A stretch of 57,197 nucleotides of DNA from Thermoleophilaceae bacterium (GCA_035264265.1 DATFQM010000101.1:1-57197); one strand, 5' to 3'. Shown: positions 42,936-52,529, numbered from the stretch's first letter. Translations and numbers: made by a program. Notes: a model not told the origin generated them from the letters alone.

Positions 42936-44398
42936 GACTGGTCGTTGCCCGCGATCACGACCACCCCGGCGTCGCCCGCCAGCGCCTGGCTCGCCGCGTC
43001 GACCGGCTCGCGCTGAGCTATTCGAAGCTTCCGGCCCACCGCGGCCGCCTCGCGCTGGTTGCCGGGCGAGTACATGACGACCGACTCGTTGCGCGACTGG
43101 TCGCTGTTGTTGGTCACGTTCCCGAGCTGGAAGCCGAGCGCCTCGACCCTGTCTCCGACCTTGGCCGCCAGGCCCGGGACCGTCGTGCCGTTGAGCACCG
43201 AGACGGTCACCCGCGACGCGACGACCGGAGCCGCCTTCCGCCCGGTCTGCTTGTTCTCGCCGTTGTGCTGGAAGCGCTCAGTTCTCTCCGCCTTCGGCGA
43301 GGGCGCCTCCTCCTCCGCGAGCCGGGCGAGCCCGAACGCCGCCGCGCCGCCGATGATCAGTACGCCGGCGATCGCGAGCACGAGGTAGCGCGGACTCCCG
43401 AGCAGACGTCGGTACCAGGGCCGCTGGGCCTCCCCGTTGGATGACAGGATCGCCGTCTGAGACGGCGGGGGGCGAGACGCCGGCGCCGGTGGCGAGGGAG
43501 CTCCGCCGCGGGGAGGGACCGGCGGCGGTCCGACCGGCGCGACGTGACCCGGCTCTCCCGAGGGCCGTGCTCCGGCCGGGGTGGCGGGGCCGGCGGGCCT
43601 CGCAACAGTCTCTACCTTGCCATGCTCCTCGGCGGGCTTCTGGCGCGCCGCGTCGGAGCCTCCCGGAGCGCCGTCGGCGGACTTCGCGGGCGCCGCCTCC
43701 GCCGGCTCCGCGGACGCCGCCGCGCCTGGCTTGGCGGCGACTCCCTCGTCCGGCCCCGCGGGCGTTCCCTCGGCGGGCTTGGCGGGCGCCGCGGCGCCTC
43801 CCCGCGGGGCGGCAGCGGCCTGCGCAGCCGGGACTGCGGCAGGCGACACCCCCTTGCCGGATGCTCCGGCGGGAGTCGGTGCGCCTGGCGACGGAGCAGG
43901 CGCGGCCTCCGGGGGACCGGCCGGCTTCCCCGCCTCTTCCTTCACGCGGGTCGCGGGCTGGGCCGAGTCCGCCTTGCCGGGCGCGCCCGGCTTTGAGGCG
44001 GCGCCACCCTCCGCAGGCGACCTCGCACCGCCCCCGGAGGGCGCGGCTCCGGGTGCGGTCGCTGGGCCGGCCGGGACGGGCGCCTGCTTGCTCTGGGCCG
44101 CGGCTGTCGCGGCCGCCGGGCGAGCTCCCGCTGCGGCCGCCAGAGGCGAGCCGGGGGCCGGAGTGGCACGACCCGGGATCGGCTGGACGGCCCCCGAGCG
44201 CGGCTCCGCGACCGCGGGCTCCTCCGCGGCCGCCGGAGCCGCAGCCTGCTCGGCCGCACGCTCCGGAGCACGGCCAGCCCATTCGCGCAGCCTCTTGACG
44301 TCGCGGGCCTGCGAGAAGTAGAGCGCCGATAGCACCGCTAGCCCAACGACGGCGGCCAGGCCCGCGGCGGCGCCGATTTCCTGAACGATCTCCGGCAC
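42932..44398 (-). CDS. LytR_C-domain membrane protein with a long Ala/Pro/Gly-rich spacer
   Basis: GTG 44398. N-terminal TM helix GAAAGLAAVVGLAVLSALYF, ~300 aa of low complexity, and a second TM helix YLVLAIAGVLIIGGAAAFGL. The C-terminus VTVSVLNGTTVPGLAAKVGDRVEALGFQLGNVTN..VVMY is a LytR_C-type domain. Confidence 0.8.
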   Translation of the reverse strand: MPEIVQEIGAAAGLAAVVGLAVLSALYFSQARDVKRLREWAGRAPERAAEQAAAPAAAEEPAVAEPRSGAVQPIPGRATPAPGSPLAAAAGARPAAATAAAQSKQAPVPAGPATAPGAAPSGGGARSPAEGGAASKPGAPGKADSAQPATRVKEEAGKPAGPPEAAPAPSPGAPTPAGASGKGVSPAAVPAAQAAAAPRGGAAAPAKPAEGTPAGPDEGVAAKPGAAASAEPAEAAPAKSADGAPGGSDAARQKPAEEHGKVETVARPAGPATPAGARPSGEPGHVAPVGPPPVPPRGGAPSPPAPASRPPPSQTAILSSNGEAQRPWYRRLLGSPRYLVLAIAGVLIIGGAAAFGLARLAEEEAPSPKAERTERFQHNGENKQTGRKAAPVVASRVTVSVLNGTTVPGLAAKVGDRVEALGFQLGNVTNNSDQSRNESVVMYSPGNQREAAAVGRKLRIAQREPVDAASQALAGDAGVVVIAGNDQS

Positions 44399-44413
44399 GA
44401 AGGTTCTCGAACT

Positions 44414-46339
44414 CTAGACGCGCCGGCGGCCTACACGCGCGTCATCCCACCTACCCGGCCCGGCGGGCGCCTCCGGAGAAGTCACGCGGAGCGCCCGCTC
44501 CGCCGACAGCTCGGCCACGGCGCTCGCCAGGGCGGCCGCGTCGCCGTGGTAGACGAGCTCCTCGATACGCACGAACGCGCTCTCGACCCAGCCGGGATCG
44601 AGCGGACGCCGGACGGCGCTGACGATCTTGTCGGCCGGAGTGGGCTGGGGCCGCTCGCCCGGGTTGAACAGCTCCTCGTGGAGCTTCTCCCCCGGCCGGC
44701 GGCCGACGATCTCGACCGGGATGTCAATGTCCGGCTCGTTACCTGAGAGCCGAATCATCTTGCGGGCGAGGTCAATGATCTTCACCGGGTCGCCCATCTC
44801 GAGGACGAACACCTCGCCGCCCACCGCCAGCTCCCCGGAGCGGATGATCAGCTGGACCGCCTCGGGAATGGTCATGAAATAGCGGGTCATCTTTGGGTCG
44901 GTGACCGTTACGGGCCCGCCGGCGGCAATCTGGCCGCGGAAGATCGGCACCACCGACCCGGATGAGCCGAGCACGTTTCCGAACCGTACGGCCGCGTAGC
45001 GGGTCCGCGGGTAGCGGGCCTGGGCGGCTTCCACGGCCCATTCGGCAAGCGCCTTCGAGGCACCCATCACGGTGGCAGGGCTCACTGCCTTGTCGGTAGA
45101 GACGAGCACGAAGCGCTCGACGCCGCTCTCGCCCGCGGCGGCCGCGACGATGCGAGTGGCCACCGCGTTGTTCCGCACCGCCTCCACGGGGTTCTCCTCC
45201 ATGAGCGGCACGTGCTTGTACGCGGCGGCGTGGAAGACCACGGACGGCCGGTGCTCCAGGAACAGCTCCCGCATCCGCGTCGCGTCCTTGCAGTCGGCGA
45301 GCACCGCCGCCACGCGCCCGAAGTGCCGCTCCTCCTCGAGCTGGCGGCAAACCTCGAAGAGGCCGTTCTCGGCGTTCTCCACCAGGACGAGCTGCCTTGG
45401 CCTCACCCGCGCGAGCTGACGGCAGAGCTCGGCGCCGATCGAGCCCCCTGCCCCGGTCACCAGGACGACGCGGCCGCGCACGTAGGCGCCCACGCGGTCG
45501 GCCTCCATCCGGACCGGGTCGCGGCCGAGCACGTCCTCCACCCGCACCTCGCGCACCTGTCGCATCAGGTTGACGCCGCCGGAGAGCAGCTCGAAGGTGG
45601 TGGGCAGCGTGCGCACGGGGATGCCGCGCTCGCGGCACGCGGTGACCACCTTGAGGCGGACGACGCCCGGCGCCGAGGGGATGGCGATGATGACCTCGTC
45701 CGGCTTCGCCTCGTCCAGCACGCGCGGCAGCTCGTCCGTCGAGCCAAGCACCTTCAGCCCCGCGATGCGCATGCCCTGCTTTCGCGGGTCGTCGTCGACG
45801 AAGCCGACCGGGGCGCTCGACAGCTCCGGGTTGCGGCGCAGCTCGAAGGCCACCTGCTGGCCGCCGTTGCCGGCGCCGATGATCAGCACCTCCCGGGTGG
45901 CCCGCTCGAGCAGCGGGGGCCGCAGCCGCCGCTCGACGGCCGCACGGACCAGGAAGCGCGAGCCCCCGACGAGCGCCAACGCGATCAGGAAGTCGAGCGC
46001 GATCACCCCCCGCGGAGGATCGGTGTTGCCGGGCGCCAGCACGAACAGTCCGGCGATCAGTGCCACGCTCGAGACGACGGCAGCCTTGATAATCGTCTCG
46101 AAGTCCTTCTGGTCGACGAACCGCCACAGCTTCGAGTAGAGCCCGAAGAGCGCGAACACCGCCAGCTTCACCACCACGACGACGACGATCGTGTCCGCGA
46201 GCAGCTCCTCGTAGCGGTGGGGAATCCCGGAATCGAAGCGGAGCGCGTACGCCAGGTAGTAGGCGAGCGCGAACAGGCAGGCGTCGACCACGACCTGGCC
46301 GGCGCGTCGGAAGTACACAGAGGACGTGATCGATCTCAT
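44414..46339 (-). CDS. membrane-bound nucleotide-sugar 4,6-dehydratase/epimerase (CapD/PglF/WbpM family)
   Basis: ATG 46339. Four N-terminal TM helices, then two Rossmann motifs VLIIGAGNGGQQVA and VLVTGAGGSIGAELCRQL, with YKHVPLME. Confidence 0.9.
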   Translation of the reverse strand: MRSITSSVYFRRAGQVVVDACLFALAYYLAYALRFDSGIPHRYEELLADTIVVVVVVKLAVFALFGLYSKLWRFVDQKDFETIIKAAVVSSVALIAGLFVLAPGNTDPPRGVIALDFLIALALVGGSRFLVRAAVERRLRPPLLERATREVLIIGAGNGGQQVAFELRRNPELSSAPVGFVDDDPRKQGMRIAGLKVLGSTDELPRVLDEAKPDEVIIAIPSAPGVVRLKVVTACRERGIPVRTLPTTFELLSGGVNLMRQVREVRVEDVLGRDPVRMEADRVGAYVRGRVVLVTGAGGSIGAELCRQLARVRPRQLVLVENAENGLFEVCRQLEEERHFGRVAAVLADCKDATRMRELFLEHRPSVVFHAAAYKHVPLMEENPVEAVRNNAVATRIVAAAAGESGVERFVLVSTDKAVSPATVMGASKALAEWAVEAAQARYPRTRYAAVRFGNVLGSSGSVVPIFRGQIAAGGPVTVTDPKMTRYFMTIPEAVQLIIRSGELAVGGEVFVLEMGDPVKIIDLARKMIRLSGNEPDIDIPVEIVGRRPGEKLHEELFNPGERPQPTPADKIVSAVRRPLDPGWVESAFVRIEELVYHGDAAALASAVAELSAERALRVTSPEAPAGPGRWDDARVGRRRV

Positions 46340-46379
46340 GTGGCTGCCGGGTGCGCGGGTGAGCGGCGGGCCAGCGGAC

Positions 46380-47459
46380 TCATGGTAACGGCGCCAGCGC
46401 CCGTACCACCTCACTCACGTGCTCCCGGGTGAGCAGCGTTCCCATCGGCAGCGCCAGGTTGGTGCGCGCACACTCCTCGGTGCCAGGCAGGTCCACGGGG
46501 TTAACGAAGTCGGCCATGCCGGGCTGGCGGTGCACGGGAGTGCGGTAATAGCCGCGCGCGCCCACGCCGCGTTCGGCCAGTGCGGCCGCCAGCTCGTCCG
46601 GGCGCTCGTGGCGGACCACGTACAGGTGGTAGACGTGCTCGGCCCCCTTCACGGCGCGCGGCGGCGCCGCGTACTGCGCCACCCCCTCGCGCTCGTAAGC
46701 CCGCGCCGCCGCCCTGCGCCTGGCGTTCCACGCGTCCAGCTCGGGCAACAGCACGCGCAGCGCCGCCGCCTGGAGCTCGTCGAGGCGCGAGTTATAGCCC
46801 ACCTCCACGAAGGTGGCCTTGTCCTTGGAGCCGTGAAAGCGGAGCGCGCGGGCCCGCGCCGCGACCTCGTCGTCGTTCGTCACGACCGCGCCTCCGTCTC
46901 CCATGCAGGGCAGGTTCTTGGACGGGAAGAAGGAGAAGGTCGCGGCATCGCCCAGCGCGCCAGCCTTGGCGTTACCGACGCTGGCGCCCGCCGCCTGCGC
47001 GGCGTCCTCGAGCACCGGCACGCCGAGGTCGCGCAGCTCTGGCACCGGCGCAACGTTGCCGAACAGGTGGACGGGGACGACGGCCTTGGTTCCGGGCGTC
47101 AGGGCCTCCTCCACCGTCGCCCGCGTGACGCAGAAGGTCTCCGGGTCGACGTCGCAGAACACGGGACGCGCGCCGATCGCGGCAACTGCCTCCGCGGTCG
47201 CGTAGAAGGTGAACGAGGGCACCACCACCTCGTCGCCGGCGCGGACTCCCAGCGCACGCAGTGCGATCGCGAGTGCATCCGTGCCGTTGGCCACTCCCAC
47301 GCAGTGGCGCACCCCGAGGTAGCGCGCGAACTCCTCCTCGAACGCGTGCACCTCCGGCCCGAGGATGAAGCGCTCGCCGCGGACGGCCCTCGCGAGCGCC
47401 TCCAAGAGCCGCTCGTGCTGCTCCTCGAGGGAGGTGGCGAAGAGGGGTACGGGGCTCAT
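46380..47459 (-). CDS. DegT/DnrJ/EryC1/StrS-family PLP-dependent sugar aminotransferase
   Basis: ATG 47459. Sequence ERFILGPEVHAFEEEFARYLGVRHCVGVANGTDALAIAL and PLP-lysine region ATFSFFPSKNL. Confidence 0.9.
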   Translation of the reverse strand: MSPVPLFATSLEEQHERLLEALARAVRGERFILGPEVHAFEEEFARYLGVRHCVGVANGTDALAIALRALGVRAGDEVVVPSFTFYATAEAVAAIGARPVFCDVDPETFCVTRATVEEALTPGTKAVVPVHLFGNVAPVPELRDLGVPVLEDAAQAAGASVGNAKAGALGDAATFSFFPSKNLPCMGDGGAVVTNDDEVAARARALRFHGSKDKATFVEVGYNSRLDELQAAALRVLLPELDAWNARRRAAARAYEREGVAQYAAPPRAVKGAEHVYHLYVVRHERPDELAAALAERGVGARGYYRTPVHRQPGMADFVNPVDLPGTEECARTNLALPMGTLLTREHVSEVVRALAPLP

Positions 47460-48120
47460 GGCGGCCGCTAGGCTACTTCGCTTGCTGGAACTCGCATCCG
47501 TCACGGATCCACTGGTCAACTTCGCGGTGGACGTCGTCGATGCGCTCGGGCTCCCGGGGGTCTTCGTGCTGATGCTCCTCGAGAGCGCCTGCATCCCCAT
47601 TCCGAGCGAGGCGACAATGCTGTTCGCCGGCTTCAACGTGTCACACGGCGAGTACAGCCTCGCCGCGGTAACGGCCGTGGGCGCGGTGGCCAACCTGGTG
47701 GGCTCGTGGCTCGCCTACCTGCTCGGCTACATCGGCCGCGTCGACCTGCTCGAGAAGCACGGGGGCAAGCTCCACATCAAGAAGAGCCATCTCGAGTGGG
47801 CCGACCGCTGGTTCGAGAGGCACGGCGCCGCCACGGTCTTCTTCACGCGGATGCTGCCCATCATCAGGACCTTCATCTCGCTCCCAGCCGGGGTGGCGAG
47901 GATGCCGTTCTGGCGCTTCAGCCTGCTGACCCTCCTGGGCTGCGTCCCGTGGGTGTTCATGCTCGCCTTGATCGGCCGGGAGGCCGGGAGCCGCTGGGAG
48001 GACTGGAAGGACAGCCTTCACTACGTCGACTACGCCGTGGTGGCTGCGCTGGTGCTCGGGATTGCCTGGCTCTTGATCCGCCGCCGCCGCAGCGGATCCG
48101 CCATCACCGAGCGGGCCTGA
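47458..48120 (+). CDS. DedA family membrane protein
   Basis: GLPGVFVLMLLESACIPIPSE and FFTRMLPIIRTFISLPAG motifs. The start is ATG 47458, which shares 2 nt with the divergent DegT start, or TTG 47482. Confidence 0.85.
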   Translation: MAAARLLRLLELASVTDPLVNFAVDVVDALGLPGVFVLMLLESACIPIPSEATMLFAGFNVSHGEYSLAAVTAVGAVANLVGSWLAYLLGYIGRVDLLEKHGGKLHIKKSHLEWADRWFERHGAATVFFTRMLPIIRTFISLPAGVARMPFWRFSLLTLLGCVPWVFMLALIGREAGSRWEDWKDSLHYVDYAVVAALVLGIAWLLIRRRRSGSAITERA

Positions 48121-48132
48121 CGCCGGTGGCGT

Positions 48133-49212
48133 ATGGCTGAGGGGGCCTATACGAGCGCCGGGGTCGACCAGGGTCGCGCCGGGAGGGCGGTGGCGGCCCT
48201 GGTGGACGTGTTACACAAGATCGACACCGGGCAGTCGTCGCGGGCGGTCCTCGGCGCCGGACACTACGCAGGCGTGCTTCGCCTGGACGGCCACCGGGGG
48301 CTCGCCCTGTCCAGCGACGGCGTGGGGAGCAAGGTGATCGTGGCCGAGCAGTTGGGCCGCTTCGACACCATCGGCATCGACTGCGTCGCGATGAACGCGA
48401 ATGACGTGATCTGCGTTGGCGCGGAGCCGATCGCCCTGCTCGACTACATCGCCGTCGAGGAGGCCGATCCCGAGGCGCTGGAGCAGATCGGCCGGGGGCT
48501 GCGCCGGGGGGCGGAGAACGCGGGGGTGGAGATCCCCGGTGGCGAGCTCGCGGTGCTGCCCGAGCTGATACGCGGTCATCCCTCCCCCCGGGGCTTCGAC
48601 CTGGCCGGCTTCTGCGTCGGCCTCGTGGAGCTCGACGCGATCGTCACGGGGGGTCGCATCGAGCCCGGGGACGCCGTGATCGGGATTCCCTCGAGCGGAG
48701 CGCACTCGAACGGGTTGACGCTTGCGCGCAAGGCGCTGCCTGACCTCGCCGAGATGCCCCCCGAGCTCGGCGGGCGCAGCGTCGGAGAGGTGCTGCTCGA
48801 GCCCACGGTGATCTACGTCCGTGCGATCCGTGAGCTGCTCGCCTCGGACGTCGACGTGAGAGGGCTCGCGCATATCACCGGCGAGGGCTTCCTCAACCTG
48901 CTGCGGCTCCAAGCGGAAGTGGGCTTCAAGGTAGAACGACCGCTTCCGATCCCGCCTCTCTTCGAGCTGATCGCGACCCGCGCCGAGGTGGATGCGGCGG
49001 AGCTGTGGGAGACCTTCAACATGGGCTGCGGCTTCTGCTGCGTAGTCCCGTTCGACGATGCCGACGCCGCCGTTCGGCTGCTCGGCTCCCGCCATCCTGG
49101 CGCCGCGGTGATCGGGCGCGCGACCACCGCGGCGGGCGTAATCGAGCTGCCCGGCGAGGGGCTCGTCGGACGGCGACAGAAAGGCTTCGTACCGCTCGGG
49201 ACGTCCGGATAG
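48133..49212 (+). CDS. purM: phosphoribosylformylglycinamidine cyclo-ligase (AIR synthetase, PurM-like)
   Basis: YTSAGVD.., SSDGVGSKVIVA, GIDCVAMNANDVICVGAEPIALLDYI and PSSGAHSNGLTLARK. Somewhat divergent from textbook PurM, so this could be an AIR-synthase-related paralogue. Confidence 0.75.
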   Translation: MAEGAYTSAGVDQGRAGRAVAALVDVLHKIDTGQSSRAVLGAGHYAGVLRLDGHRGLALSSDGVGSKVIVAEQLGRFDTIGIDCVAMNANDVICVGAEPIALLDYIAVEEADPEALEQIGRGLRRGAENAGVEIPGGELAVLPELIRGHPSPRGFDLAGFCVGLVELDAIVTGGRIEPGDAVIGIPSSGAHSNGLTLARKALPDLAEMPPELGGRSVGEVLLEPTVIYVRAIRELLASDVDVRGLAHITGEGFLNLLRLQAEVGFKVERPLPIPPLFELIATRAEVDAAELWETFNMGCGFCCVVPFDDADAAVRLLGSRHPGAAVIGRATTAAGVIELPGEGLVGRRQKGFVPLGTSG

Positions 49213-49222
49213 GCGCGAGGTC

Positions 49223-50059
49223 CTATGCCGGCTCGAACAGCCAACCGGCGAGCACCCTCACGAATGCCACCTTCCACTCGGCTGCCAGCTTCCACAGCTC
49301 TGCGCCCGCCGCGGGCCCGGGAAGGTCGCAGACGGCGCCGACCTCGACGGTCGCCATGCGCCCGAAGCGCTGGAGGGCGCCGAGCACGGACGGCCGGTCC
49401 TGATCGGCCGGCTTCGCTCCGGCGGCAAGGGCTGCCGCGCGCCACTCCTGGTAGGGCATGGGTCCGAAGACCCATCTGGTGGGCCCGCTCTCGCCGTCGA
49501 AGCTGGCGCTCGGCAGGACCAACCGCTCCTGGTTGCCCGTCTTCTCGACCCCCGCCCGGGCACGAGCCTCATCGGGCACGGCGCGAGCGGCCTCGAGGTC
49601 CAGGCCGAACGCCTCGACGGTAGCGTGGGACTCGAGATCGATCCGGAACCGCTCGGGATCGAGTCCTACGCTGCGGGCCGCGTCCACCAGGGGCTCGGTC
49701 GAGTCGAGCTTGCGGCGGAAGCAGAGGAGCCCTTCGCGCAGGGCGCGCAGGTATGCATAGCCTCCGTCGGCGGACTGCTCAGTGGCCGCCTTTACCGCCA
49801 TGCAGGCCGGGTAGGTTGAGTGGATCGGGCCCTCAAGCCAGAGCCGGGGATCGATCGGCATGCTGGAGCGCTCGGAGACGTCCAGCCATTCGCGCACCAG
49901 CCAGCCGAGGTCCCCCTCGTAGGTGCGGGCGAGCCCGCCCATCACGTAGGTGAAGTTCACATCCGCGCCGAACTCCACCATGAGCTTCCGAAGCACGGGC
50001 TCGTTGCCGAAGGACTCAGAGCAAGCCGGATCGGTGTAGTAGCGGACGTGCACGGGCAT
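49223..50059 (-). CDS. DsbA-family thioredoxin-fold protein with a degenerate active site (CSES)
   Basis: MPVHVRYYTDPACSESFG.. aligns with the DPxCxWC start of DsbA/FrnE-like proteins, but the second Cys is Ser. A ~90-aa C-terminal extension follows. ATG 50059 is preferred to TTG 50071. Confidence 0.75.
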   Translation of the reverse strand: MPVHVRYYTDPACSESFGNEPVLRKLMVEFGADVNFTYVMGGLARTYEGDLGWLVREWLDVSERSSMPIDPRLWLEGPIHSTYPACMAVKAATEQSADGGYAYLRALREGLLCFRRKLDSTEPLVDAARSVGLDPERFRIDLESHATVEAFGLDLEAARAVPDEARARAGVEKTGNQERLVLPSASFDGESGPTRWVFGPMPYQEWRAAALAAGAKPADQDRPSVLGALQRFGRMATVEVGAVCDLPGPAAGAELWKLAAEWKVAFVRVLAGWLFEPA

Positions 50060-50076
50060 CGAAGCGCGCAAAATAG

Positions 50077-51558
50077 ATGAACGTGATCGGCACCCTGATC
50101 AGCGACCGCTTCCGGCTCGATGAGAAGATCGGCGCTGGCGGGATGTCGACCGTCTACCGCGCTTTCGATCCTACGCTGGAGCGCTGGGTGGCGATCAAGC
50201 TCATGCACCGGGACATCTCCACCGACCCGGACCAGCTCGAGCGGTTCCGGCGCGAGGCCCGCGCGGTGGCGAGCCTCAACCACCCGCACATCGTCACTGT
50301 GATCGACGCCGGCGAGGACGACGGTGCGCCCTACATCGTCTTCGAGTACGTCCGTGGGGAGACGCTCAAGGAGCGCATCCGCACCGTGGGGCGGCTGCCG
50401 GTGCCGGAGGCCGTGGCGTACGCGATCGAGATCGGCCGGGCGCTCTCATGCGCCCACTCGCACCGGCTGGTTCACCGGGACGTCAAGCCCCAGAACGTCC
50501 TCATCGACTCCGAGGGCAGGGCCAAGGTCACCGACTTCGGAATCGCCCGCTCGATGGAGGCGCAGGGGCTGACAGCCACCGGGCGCGTGCTGGGCACCAC
50601 CGACTACGTCTCGCCCGAGCAGGCCCTCGGCCACGCCGTGACCGAGCAGTCGGACATCTACTCGCTGGGCGTCGTCCTCTACGAGATGCTCGCGGGCGAG
50701 ACGCCCTTCAAAGCGGACACCCAGGTTGCGGTGGCGATGAAGCACGTAAAGGACCCGCTGCCGGACGTGCAGCGCCGCCGGCCCGAGGTCTCCGCCGCGC
50801 TGGCCGCGGTCGTCGAGCGCGCCACCGCCAAGGAGACGGGGAACCGGTACCGGGTCGTCGACGAAATGGTCCATGACCTGGAGCAGGTGCTCGCGATCGA
50901 GGCGGCCAGGGCCGGTGAGACCTCGGGCGAGGCCACCACCGTCCTTCGGGGGCTGCCTGGCGACACGGCGGACTACGCCCCCGCGCGACTGCGGCGCCCG
51001 CGCCGGGCGGTGCTCCTGTCCGCGCTCGTCATCGGTCTGGTCGCCGGTGTCATCTCCTTCCTGGCCACCCGCACCGAGAAGGGAACGGGGGGCGCGGCGA
51101 TCCCGCGGGCTGGTGGCCTGAGCGAGGTAAAGCTCGGCAGCGGGGCGGCGAGCGACTACGACCCCGACGGCGACGGTGAGGAGTCCCCCCACGCCACCCA
51201 GTTCGCGATCGACGGCAACAACACCACGAGCTGGGCCACCGAGACCTACCGCGACGGGCTGGAGGGCGTGCAGAAGAGCGGCGTCGGCCTGTACCTGAAC
51301 GCCGGCTCGCCGATGAGTGCGCGCCGGCTCGACCTCGTGACCGCGACCCCCGGCTACCAGGTGGCGGTGTACGCGGCCAACACGGTGCCGGGCGACATCA
51401 AGGACTGGACCAAGGTCAGCACGCGCACCAAGGTCAAGGAGACCACGAAGATCCCGCTCGACACGGCGGGTCGAAAGGTCCGCTATTACCTGGTGTGGAT
51501 CGTCTCCTTACCGCCCGGGAACAAGGCGGACATCCGGGAGCTCAGCCTGCGGCGTTAG
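50077..51558 (+). CDS. Hanks-type Ser/Thr protein kinase with extracellular discoidin (F5/8 type C)-like domain
   Basis: GAGGMSTVYRA, VAIK, HRDVKPQNVLI, VTDFGIA. TM helix AVLLSALVIGLVAGVISFLAT. The ectodomain ..FAIDGNNTTSWATETY..VGLYLNAG..YYLVWI is reminiscent of the discoidin/NPCBM fold. Confidence 0.9.
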   Translation: MNVIGTLISDRFRLDEKIGAGGMSTVYRAFDPTLERWVAIKLMHRDISTDPDQLERFRREARAVASLNHPHIVTVIDAGEDDGAPYIVFEYVRGETLKERIRTVGRLPVPEAVAYAIEIGRALSCAHSHRLVHRDVKPQNVLIDSEGRAKVTDFGIARSMEAQGLTATGRVLGTTDYVSPEQALGHAVTEQSDIYSLGVVLYEMLAGETPFKADTQVAVAMKHVKDPLPDVQRRRPEVSAALAAVVERATAKETGNRYRVVDEMVHDLEQVLAIEAARAGETSGEATTVLRGLPGDTADYAPARLRRPRRAVLLSALVIGLVAGVISFLATRTEKGTGGAAIPRAGGLSEVKLGSGAASDYDPDGDGEESPHATQFAIDGNNTTSWATETYRDGLEGVQKSGVGLYLNAGSPMSARRLDLVTATPGYQVAVYAANTVPGDIKDWTKVSTRTKVKETTKIPLDTAGRKVRYYLVWIVSLPPGNKADIRELSLRR

Positions 51559-52529
51559 TACCGGTAGCTCCGCTCGCGCTCGTGGCGCTCCACGGCCAGC
51601 GCCAGCAGGCGGTCCAGAAGCTCGACATAGGGCACGCCGCTTTCCTCGAAGAGCTTTGCGTAGACGCTCGTGGTCGTGAAGCCGGGGATCGTGTTGAGCT
51701 CGTTGACGAGCACGCGCGCGTCACCGGACGGGTCCCCCACGAAGAAGTCCACGCGTGCCATGCCCGCGCAGTCCACGAGCTTGAACACCTCGACCGCCAG
51801 CTCCCGGACCCGCTCGCGGACCGGCTCCGGCACGCGGGCCGGGACCTGGAGATCCATCCCCCCTGGCTCGTACTTGGCCTCGTAGTCGTACCAGTCGGCA
51901 TTCACCACGATCTCACCCGGCTGTGAGGCGATCGGCTCTGAGTTGCCGAGCACCGAGCACTCCACCTCCATCCCGTCGGCGAATGCCTCGACGATCGCCA
52001 GCGGGTCGTGCTCGAAGGCGGCGGTCAGCGCCCCGCCGAGCTCGTCCCGCGAGCTCACCTTCGAGATTCCCACCGAGGAGCCCAGGCGGGCCGGCTTGAC
52101 GAACAGCGGCAGGCCCAGCCCCTCCAGGGCCACCGGGTCGTCGCCCTCGCGGAGCGCCGCGTAGTCCACCTGCGGCACGTCGGCGCGCGCCATCAGCTCC
52201 TTGAAGAGGACCTTGTCCATCGAGACCGCCGACGCCATCACGCCGGCGCCTACGTAGGGAAGGTCCGCCACCTCGAGTAGCCCCTGCACCACGCCGTCCT
52301 CGCCGTAGGGGCCGTGCAGCACCGGAAAGGCAACGTCGGCTCCCAGCAGCCCCGCCCCGGGCTCGACCGACACCGGAGCGCCGTCGATGCTCCAGGCGCC
52401 CCCGCGGGAGATCCGGACGTCGATCGGCTCGTGACCGCCCTCGGTGAGGCCGGCTCGCACGGCCGCGGCCGACGCCAGCGAGATCTCATGCTCGCTCGAG
52501 CGGCCGCCGGACAGGACCGCGACCCTCAC
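51555..52529 (-). CDS. ddl: D-alanine--D-alanine ligase
   Basis: MRVAVLSGGRSSEHEISLASA..FPVLHGPYGEDGVVQGLLE..KPARLGSSVGISKV..LVNELNTIPGFT. The GTG start overlaps the pknB TGA (GTGA). Confidence 0.95.
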   Translation of the reverse strand: MRVAVLSGGRSSEHEISLASAAAVRAGLTEGGHEPIDVRISRGGAWSIDGAPVSVEPGAGLLGADVAFPVLHGPYGEDGVVQGLLEVADLPYVGAGVMASAVSMDKVLFKELMARADVPQVDYAALREGDDPVALEGLGLPLFVKPARLGSSVGISKVSSRDELGGALTAAFEHDPLAIVEAFADGMEVECSVLGNSEPIASQPGEIVVNADWYDYEAKYEPGGMDLQVPARVPEPVRERVRELAVEVFKLVDCAGMARVDFFVGDPSGDARVLVNELNTIPGFTTTSVYAKLFEESGVPYVELLDRLLALAVERHERERSYRY

